64,000 nt of DNA from Bryobacterales bacterium. Its GTDB lineage: Bacteria > Acidobacteriota > Terriglobia > Bryobacterales > UBA6623. Shown here piece after piece: positions 57,616 to 64,000 of the stretch. The position numbers and the translations under genes were made by a program. The stretch is taken from assembly GCA_965206775.1 (NCBI GenBank), contig CBDBKU010000002.1, positions 2,182,898-2,246,897 of the forward strand, in the 5' to 3' direction. Position 1 is the stretch's first letter. Every line of letters starts with the position of its first letter. The notes beneath the pieces were generated by a model that saw nothing but the letters and a program-made list of their open reading frames with translations, made no database searches and was not told the DNA's origin.

Positions 57616-58611
57616 TCAGAGTGACCGGAGGAACGCCATCACCCCTCGATCCTCCTTCCACGGCCGCGTCGGTCCCTCCTCGACCGCATCGCAGAGTGCC
57701 ATCGCCCGCGCCTTCATCTCGAGGTCGATCTCGGCGTAGATGTTGGTTGTATCGAGACTGACATGGCCGAGCCAGGCACGTATGGTATTGAGATCGACTC
57801 CGGCGCGTACGAGGCTGCAAGCAGCCGTGTGTCGAAGCACATGCGGGGTTGTCGTCTTCCCGGACAGTTCCGGCACTGCCGCTGCACAGCGCTCGACCAC
57901 GCGATAGATGCCGAAGCGGGTATAGGCCCTGCCGTAGCGGCTGGAGAACACGGGGTCGCCGTTTGAGCGCCCTGCTGTCTGTTCCGCCACCACCCGTTCG
58001 GTTTCCTTCCACAGCGGGCATTGGCGGACTTTGCCGCCCTTGCCATGGAGAGTGGCAAGGGCAGAGCCTCCGTTTCTTTGGCTGAACGCAATGTCGGCGA
58101 TCCGGAGCCCGGAGGCCTCCGAGACGCGGGCACCGGTGTTCACGAGGAAGATCAGGATGGCGTGTTCGGTGCGGCCCCTTGGCGTTTTCCTGTCGGGGGC
58201 GGCAAGGAGGGCGTCCGTCTCCGCCCGGGTCAGCCAGGCGACCGGCTTCGGCGCTGCCCGCTTCACCGGGATGGCGCGGATGTGGCCGCACCAGGCGACC
58301 AGGGCGGGGTCGCGGCTGGCCACGAAGCGGGCGAAGGCGCGAACGGCGGTCAGGCGCCGGTTCCGGGTCTCCACGGAGCAGCCACGCTCCGTCTCGACAT
58401 GGTCGAGGAAGGCGCGCAGCCTTTCGGCGGTGAGATCGTCGATGACCAGCCGGTCGATCGGTTTCCGGGCTCCTGCGCTGATGAATGGCAGCAAGAGGGT
58501 GAACGTATCCCGATAGCTCTGTCGGGTGTTCTCCGCCAGGTTCCGTTCACTGACGATGTGCTCTTCGAGGTAGCGCCGGAGCCACGCCCCCATTGTCCTG
58601 CAATCACGCAT
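57616..58611 (-). CDS. tyrosine recombinase, third gene of the RIT trio
   Basis: LVNTGARVSEASGLR (Arg), TPHVLRHTAACSLV (HxxR), WLGHVSLDTTNIYAEI (His, Tyr). Confidence 0.85.
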   Translation of the reverse strand: MRDCRTMGAWLRRYLEEHIVSERNLAENTRQSYRDTFTLLLPFISAGARKPIDRLVIDDLTAERLRAFLDHVETERGCSVETRNRRLTAVRAFARFVASRDPALVAWCGHIRAIPVKRAAPKPVAWLTRAETDALLAAPDRKTPRGRTEHAILIFLVNTGARVSEASGLRIADIAFSQRNGGSALATLHGKGGKVRQCPLWKETERVVAEQTAGRSNGDPVFSSRYGRAYTRFGIYRVVERCAAAVPELSGKTTTPHVLRHTAACSLVRAGVDLNTIRAWLGHVSLDTTNIYAEIDLEMKARAMALCDAVEEGPTRPWKEDRGVMAFLRSL

Positions 58612-59554
58612 CTTGATCTCCCTTCATGTAGTGTTCATAGCGGAGCGATGCCTGAACGAGCCTTTCCGGGGTCATGCTCAGGTAGACTTGGGTTCCGGCC
58701 GGGTTCCTGTGACCGAGGTCGGTGGAGAGCACCGGCAACAGTCGCTGCACGTCGGCGCCCTGCCGGTACCAGGCGTTCAGCCGTCCGACGGCGAATCCGT
58801 GCCGGAACGAATGCAGGCAGGGACCCCGGCACCTGCTGTCCCCGCCGCCGATCCCGGCATCGCGGAGCAGCTTGGCGAAGACATTCCTGACGACTCCCGC
58901 CAACAGGGGTGTTCCGTCACGGTTCGCGAGGAAGGCCGAATCCCGTCCCTCCGGCTGCGGGCGCCGCAGGCGCCTGGCGGCGTGGTCGCGCAACACATGG
59001 GCGAGCCGTTCCCCGACCGGAACCAGGCGCGACTTGTAGAACTTCGAATCGCGAACGGTGAGCACCGCGTCATCAAGGTCGACATCCGCGAGCGTCAGTC
59101 GGAGCGCTTCGCCGCTGCGCAGTCCGGATCCGTGCAGCAGCAGGATCAAGGTCCTTAGGGTGTCGCCGTCCAGTTGCCTTGCACGGGCGCGGGAGGCTGC
59201 GGTCGAGCCGAGAAGACGCCGAACTTCGTCCCCAGTGTAAATGTAGGGCGGCAGGGGCGCCGATGCCCTCGGCTCGCTCTCCCGTTCGGGCAGCGGAAAC
59301 CGGGTCGCGTGGCCGCGACTGATGGCAAAGCGGTACAATCCAGACAGAGCAGTGTACTTGGCATTCCGATAGCTGGTCGGCGGTCGGGTCCCTGCGAGGA
59401 AGGTACGGACCGCGTCCCTCGTGACCGCATCGCAGGGGGCATCCGCATCGACCCCCTTCAGGAACCGACGCAGTATCCTGGCACCGTCATCGAACTTCGT
59501 GCCGTGGGATCGCCGCCAGAGGATGTACGTGTCGATGGCCTCGCCCAGAGTCAT
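58604..59554 (-). CDS. tyrosine recombinase, second gene of the RIT trio
   Basis: MTLGEAIDTYILWRRSHG...; LLHGSGLRSGEAL; CLHSFRHGFAV; DLGHRNPAGTQVYLSM. ATGA overlap with the upstream gene and an 8-nt overlap with the downstream gene. Confidence 0.85.
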   Translation of the reverse strand: MTLGEAIDTYILWRRSHGTKFDDGARILRRFLKGVDADAPCDAVTRDAVRTFLAGTRPPTSYRNAKYTALSGLYRFAISRGHATRFPLPERESEPRASAPLPPYIYTGDEVRRLLGSTAASRARARQLDGDTLRTLILLLHGSGLRSGEALRLTLADVDLDDAVLTVRDSKFYKSRLVPVGERLAHVLRDHAARRLRRPQPEGRDSAFLANRDGTPLLAGVVRNVFAKLLRDAGIGGGDSRCRGPCLHSFRHGFAVGRLNAWYRQGADVQRLLPVLSTDLGHRNPAGTQVYLSMTPERLVQASLRYEHYMKGDQDA

Positions 59555-60795
59555 GACAGGTCTCCCGGATCGCAATCCGCAACCTCGCGCAGGGCCTTGA
59601 GATCGATTCTTGCGTAGATCGCCGTGGTGGAGGGGCTGCGGTGGCCGAGATAGTCTCCGATCACCTTCATCGACATCCCCTGGTCGAGAAGGTGCTGGGC
59701 TGCCGCATGGCGCAGCGCATGCGCCCCGCGACACGGTGCCCGTATGCCGAGGCGGTCTGCGCGACGCCTGACGACACCGGAGCAAGCACGACTGTCGATC
59801 GCCTGGAACGGGGCCTTGAGGGTGAGGAACAGGGTCCGGTCAGGATGTCGGGGACGGACCTCGCGAAGATAGCGCAGGAGCGCGTGTCCGGCAGCGGGCG
59901 AGAGCGGAAGGAGACGCGTGGTTCCCGGCTTCGGGCAGCGGACGCGAAGCGTCTCCTCCAGCCAGTCGACATCGTCAAGCCGCAGGCCGGCGACCTCGCC
60001 GGACCGGAGACCGTAGGTGATCAACAGCATCAGCATGGCCCGGTCGCGGATATCGGACGGCTGGTCGCCCTCGGTCGTGGCCAGCAGGCGAAGGACATCG
60101 CCGCGGGCGAACCCGCGCGGGATACCGGTCTCCGCATACACCCGGGGCGGCACGATCGCCACGGACAGGTCCGGTGTGCACAAGCCGCGGGATTCTGCGA
60201 AGAGGAAGAAAGCGCGAAGACGCCGCGCGTAGATGTTCCGCGTCCTCCGGCCGAGCTGTCTCTCGGCGTACCATGCGGCGCATGTTCGGTCGATGTCGGA
60301 GATGGTGATTGCAGACAGGACGGTGCCGCCCGGAGCAAGCCGGTCGAAGAAGTCTTCGACGACCCGACGTAGAGCACCGACGGTTGTCTGCGAGAGCCCG
60401 CGGTCTCGGCGCATCCAGTCCACCCAGACATCGAGTTCGACGGCATGGGAGTGGCGCACCGCTCCCGGCTCTTCCAGCCGGCCGAGGAACCGCATCCACC
60501 GCACGGCGTTAGCAACAAAAACCTTGATGACACTGGCCGACGCCTGTCGGGGAAATCCTGACCCGCCCCCAGCCGAACGGACCGCGGCCTCGATCCGGAC
60601 AACGCTGACCGACTGGTCGTCGGTCAGTTCCAGGAGCCGAACCAGGCGTAGCTGGCTGCACGCATGATGCCGCAGGGAGGTTGTCCCGGATCCGGATTCC
60701 CGTAGATGGTGCAGAAAGCTCAGCCGCTCATCGGCAAGCGGCGCCGAGCTGTACGCCTCAATCGTATCGGGACATTTGAACAGATTGTCGAACAT
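59551..60795 (-). CDS. tyrosine recombinase, first gene of the RIT trio
   Basis: AAGGAG SD 8 nt before ATG 60795 (MFDNLFKCPDTIEAY...); ITYGLRSGEVAGLR; GAHALRHAAAQHLL; YLGHRSPSTTAIYARI. Confidence 0.85.
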   Translation of the reverse strand: MFDNLFKCPDTIEAYSSAPLADERLSFLHHLRESGSGTTSLRHHACSQLRLVRLLELTDDQSVSVVRIEAAVRSAGGGSGFPRQASASVIKVFVANAVRWMRFLGRLEEPGAVRHSHAVELDVWVDWMRRDRGLSQTTVGALRRVVEDFFDRLAPGGTVLSAITISDIDRTCAAWYAERQLGRRTRNIYARRLRAFFLFAESRGLCTPDLSVAIVPPRVYAETGIPRGFARGDVLRLLATTEGDQPSDIRDRAMLMLLITYGLRSGEVAGLRLDDVDWLEETLRVRCPKPGTTRLLPLSPAAGHALLRYLREVRPRHPDRTLFLTLKAPFQAIDSRACSGVVRRRADRLGIRAPCRGAHALRHAAAQHLLDQGMSMKVIGDYLGHRSPSTTAIYARIDLKALREVADCDPGDLS

Positions 60796-60947
60796 GATCG
60801 TCTCTCCTTGGAATTCAAAACGACGATCATCGGTCACTCTGAGCGCAGAAAGGAATGTTGCGGAGAGTCCGGGTTCACCGCTGAGAGACAAGCGCATTCC
60901 GGCGCATCGCAACATTCCCCGCACCGCAACATGTCACCATGCGCCCC

Positions 60948-61397
60948 ACTGCGGCCTCGACGGCGAAACGCCTCTGGACCGCCTGGCACGGGTCAGTGAC
61001 AACGTGCGCTATGCCGGACCCGACATCGACCTGGGGTGGATCTTCAGCTACCGCTTCGTGCGCCGCGTCAGCCGCGCCCGCACGGTCAACCTGCGGGGCC
61101 TCCAGTACGAGACCGTGGCCGGCCTGGCCGGCCAGAAGGTCACCTTGGTGGTCGAGCCCGACGCGCCCCCCGGGCGGGCCCTGACGGTCCTGCACGAGGA
61201 CGGCGAAACCAGCCAGGCGACCCTGGTCGATCTGGAGGTCAACGCCCGCGCGCGACGCAGTCGGCCGCCCGTTGCGGACCAGCCGAAGACTCCCGCCCGG
61301 CCCGAGACCTCCGCCCGGCCCCGCTCCCCGGCCAAGCAGCAGCTCCGGTTGCGCCATCTGGCCTCCCAGCCATCCGACTCCCGAGGAGCAACCCTGA
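60948..61397 (+). pseudogene. 3' end of the Mu/Tn552-type DDE transposase (right arm copy)
   Basis: Mirror of 57062..57511, with substitutions (GLAGQK vs GLDGRK) and a 1-nt indel that removes the stop before the ATPase ATG. Confidence 0.6.
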
Positions 61398-62217
61398 TGT
61401 ACCGCCAGCATTTCGGCCTCGCCTGCCTGCCCTTCGAATCCCCCGCCCGCAGCTCCGAGCTGTTCCCCTCCGAGGCCGCTACCCTGGAGACCGAGTCCCG
61501 CCTGCAAGCACCTGCTCGACCTGCGCGGGATCGGCCTGCTCACCGGCGAGCCCGGCAGCGGCAAGACCAGCGCCTGCCGCCGCGTCACCGACCAGCTCCA
61601 TCCCGGCCTGTACCGCATCTGCTACCTCACGACTGACGACCGGAACCGTGATCGACACCTACCAGGTGGTGGGCTGGGCGCTGGGACTCGAAACACCGCG
61701 TTACCGCGCCCCGGCCAGCCAACGTCATCCGGCAACGAGAGTCCAGCGTCTCTGCGAGGCCAAGCAAGCTCCCCGTGCTGATCGTCGACGAGGCTCAGTC
61801 ACCTGCGCCACGAGGTGCTCGAAGAACTCCGCTTGCTGACCAGTTTCGGCATGGACTGCGCGAGCGCCTGCCTGTGCCTGTTGCTGGTCGGCCAGAGCGA
61901 GTTGCGGCAGCGGGTGGCGACTGGCGCACCACGAAGCGCTCGACCCAGCGCATCGTGGTGCGCTACCACCTCAACGTGGCCTGCAGCCGCGACGAGCTCG
62001 AGCCCTACTTGCAACACGCCCTCGCAGCTGGCCGGCTGCGAGCTTGCCGCTGTTCGAACCGGCCGCCTGCCAGGCGCTGTTCCAGGCCTCCCACGGCCTG
62101 CCCCGGCAGGTCAGCGCACTGGCCCACTATGCCCTGGCCGCGGCCGCCCTCGGCGCAGGCCTCGCGCGGTCAGCGCCGAGCACGTCCAGCCAAGCCTGCC
62201 ACGAGGTCCGTCCGTGA
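61397..62217 (+). pseudogene. ExeA/TniB-like ATPase (right arm copy), multiple frameshifts
   Basis: MYRQHFGLACLPFESPARSSELFPSE.., then the Walker A/B blocks appear only in other frames (ORFs 61036..61839, 61775..62368, 61815..62816). Confidence 0.7.
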
Positions 62218-62361
62218 CTCGCCCGGCCGCCGCCTGGCACTCAGCAACTCCGCGAGCGTGCCGAGCGTGTCCGCGACTGCGCCCTGGAGCCGCTCGCCGA
62301 GCGCCTCGGCTATGCCAGCCCGACCCGCGCCACCGCCGGCCGCTGGCGACGCCCCGGCTCG

Positions 62362-63127
62362 GTGCTGAGCATCCGCGGCACCAAGTTCTTCGACCACGCC
62401 TGCGGCCACGGTGGCGGCGGGGCGATCGATCTGGTCATGCACGCCCGTCAGCAGCGGCTTCCGCGAGGCCGTCGAGTTCCTCGCCGACGCCCCGCCGACG
62501 CCCCGGACGAGCCGGCCCCCGCACCCGTCCGCTGCCGCGCTGCGCCTGCCCGACCCCGTCGAACGGCCAACTGGCCGCCCGTGCGGGACTTCCTCGCCCG
62601 CGCTCCGCGGCCTCGACCCGGCCCTGCTGGAGCAGTGCCGACGCGCCGGCACGCTCTACGCCGACTCGCCGCCGCAACGCCGTCTTCACCTGCCGCGACC
62701 GCTCACGGCACCACCGCCGGTGCCGAACTCGTCGGCACCGCGCCCGCTCCCCGACGGCTCCACCTTCAAGGGCCTCGCTGCCGGCTCCCGCCGCGACCGT
62801 GGCGGCTTCTGGCTGACCACCGGGTCCGCCCCGCCCGCCGCCGTCCTGCTCACCGAGAGTGCCGTCGATGCCCTCTCCGCCGTCTTGCTGCCCGCCCCCG
62901 ACCTGCCCCCCGACTGCCTCGTCGCTTCCACCGCCGGCACCGCCCGCCGCCTGCCCCGCTGGCTCCACGCCTTCCAGCACCTCCCCCTGCTGTGCGGCTA
63001 CGACGCCGATCCCGCTGGCGACCAGGCCGCCCGCGCCCTGCGCCGCCAGCATCCCCGCCTGCACCGCCTGCGCCCCCACGGCGCCAAGGATTGGAACGAC
63101 CTGTTGCAACTGCTCGCTCCCTGCTAG
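62362..63127 (+). pseudogene. DUF3991/Toprim protein (right arm copy), frameshifted
   Basis: MLSIRGTKFFDHACGHGGGGAIDLVMHAR in ORF 62362... The rest (GFREAVEFLADAP...LLTESAVDALSAV...GYDADPAGDQAA...LLQLLAPC*) is in ORF 62411..63127. Confidence 0.75.
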
Positions 63128-63321
63128 CACCCATCCAGCCCGGACCAAACGCACCATCGCCACCGTTCCGGCCTCCCCGCAAACGCCCCGACTCTGCCGT
63201 CAAACCCCCTGTCGACAGGGCCCTTCCTACCTGTCACACATCACAAACAATCCGGAAAAACTCCCCCTCCTGCTGCCAGAATAATCTGAAAATCTGCCGC
63301 CGGAAGACTCCGGGATTCAAC

Positions 63322-63519
63322 AGACGGGCGCTGCACTACGGGACGGTCAGCTACGCCAGCATCAAGGCGATGCTGGCGAGCGGGGCGGACCGGCAGCCGC
63401 TGGAGGGCGAGCCCGAGCCGTCCGCTGGCGAGCCGGTCGAGCACGACAACGTGCGCGGCGGCCGCTACTACGGGGAGGCGCCCTCCGGTGGCAGGAGCCA
63501 GGAGGAGCGGAGATGCTAG
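63322..63519 (+). pseudogene. istA: IS21 IstA transposase, last ~65 codons
   Basis: RALHYGTVSYASIKAMLASGADRQPL...HDNVRGGRYYGE..*. The stop overlaps the istB ATG (ATGCTAG). Several dozen codons between this piece and 55236 appear to be missing. Confidence 0.65.
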
Positions 63520-64000
63520 TGCAACCAACGCTGGAGCAGCTGTACGCCATGCGGCTGAACGGCATGGCGGAGGCGTTCCGCCGGCAGCTGGAGGACCCGG
63601 CCGCGAGCGAGCTGGCCTTCGAGGAGCGCTTTGCGCTGCTGGTCGATTCGCAGTGGACGTGGAAGCAGAGCCGGGCGCAGACGCGGCGCCTGGCGCTGGC
63701 GAAGCTGAAGCAGCAGGCGTGCGTGGAGGACATCGACTTCCGGCATCCGCGCGGGCTGGAGCGGGGGCGCTGGATGAGCCTGGCGCACGAGTCGGCCTGG
63801 ATCCGGCGCAAGCAGAACGTCGTGCTGGTCGGCCCGACCGGAGTCGGGAAAAGCTTCCTGGCGTGCGCCCTGGCGCAGAAGGCCTGCCGCGACGGCTTCA
63901 GCGCTCTCTACACGCGGGCGCCGCAACTGTTCCGGGACCTGCAGGCGGCGCGTGCCGAAGGCAGCCTGACGCGCCTGCTGGAGAAGCTGGCGCGCATTGA
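63513..64000 (+). CDS. istB: IS21 IstB helper ATPase, 5'-partial (runs off the window; absent from the ORF track because no stop is reached)
   Basis: My own translation from ATG 63513: MLVQPTLEQLYAMRLNGMAEAFRRQLEDPAASELAFEERFALLVDSQWTWKQSRAQTRRLALAKLKQQACVEDIDFRHPRGLERGRWMSLAHESAWIRRKQNVVLVGPTGVGKSFLACALAQKACRDGFSALY... (Walker A). Confidence 0.8.
   Translation, partial: MLVQPTLEQLYAMRLNGMAEAFRRQLEDPAASELAFEERFALLVDSQWTWKQSRAQTRRLALAKLKQQACVEDIDFRHPRGLERGRWMSLAHESAWIRRKQNVVLVGPTGVGKSFLACALAQKACRDGFSALYTRAPQLFRDLQAARAEGSLTRLLEKLARI

Larger units (their letters stand above)
55237..63321. mobile_element. palindromic composite: RIT cassette (57627..60832) flanked by inverted 2.4-kb arms (55237..57626 and 60833..63321)
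   Basis: Both outer termini read TGTTGAATCCCG(C/G)AGT.TTCCGGCGGCAGATTTTCAGATT inward. Arm gene order is mirrored. The inner ~300 bp are identical, and further out the arms differ by substitutions and indels. Confidence 0.8.
53972..64000 (+). mobile_element. IS21-family insertion sequence (left end to window edge), split by an 8.1-kb insertion
   Basis: Starts TGTCC.... Tandem 23-bp terminal repeats AGCGACAAYTAAAARTTCCGGGT at 53977..53999 and 54000..54022. istA 5' part, then foreign DNA, then istA 3' end overlapping the istB start. Confidence 0.75.

Noticed and set aside
1-64000. tRNA, rRNA, tmRNA and RNase P genes
   Set aside because: I scanned by eye for T-loop (GGTTCGAATCC-like) and other conserved cores, especially near the integrase fragment and element junctions. 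None was found.

Overview
GC-rich (roughly two-thirds G+C by eye) proteobacterial-type accessory region dominated by nested, partly decayed mobile DNA. No rRNA, tRNA or CRISPR array was seen.

Mobile elements I can support:
- Three IS66-family copies, each with a perfect 8-bp target duplication.
- A different 2.4-kb IS66-family element that carries a Dam-like (DPPY) methyltransferase, translationally coupled to its transposase.
- IS1380 with an in-frame TAG, plus a second IS1380 remnant.
- Fragments of IS4, IS256, IS1634-like and IS21 elements.
- An intact DUF4338-ISAs1 fusion transposase.
- Two copies (one intact, one frameshifted) of an unclassified ~600-aa DDE transposase.
- An IS5/ISNCY-like IS and a 269-bp MITE derived from it.
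- A 3.25-kb cargo-less large-serine-recombinase element inserted inside that IS's transposase gene. Its first ORF only acquires an SD and ATG when the element ends are joined.
- An IS21 copy split by an 8-kb palindromic structure. In it a tyrosine recombinase-in-trio (RIT) cassette is flanked by 2.4-kb inverted arms, each carrying a Mu/Tn552-type transposase 3' end, an ExeA/TniB-like ATPase and a Toprim gene.

Non-mobile cargo:
1. A Slam-like (DUF560) outer-membrane protein plus two paralogous giant lipoproteins (~1,430 and ~1,490 codons). Each has 9-10 copies of an unrecognised 60-aa repeat followed by two TbpB-type barrel signatures. One paralogue is Met-rich and C-terminally frameshifted. 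This is my best candidate for an undescribed system.
2. A lower-GC three-gene operon ending in a ComEC-type MBL-fold hydrolase.
3. An XRE-ImmA/IrrE fusion next to a PIN gene, a truncated higB, and a frameshifted Phd/VapC pair.

At least 14 genes carry frameshifts or premature stops, so read-level validation is needed. All protein-family calls rest on motif recognition by eye, not on searches.
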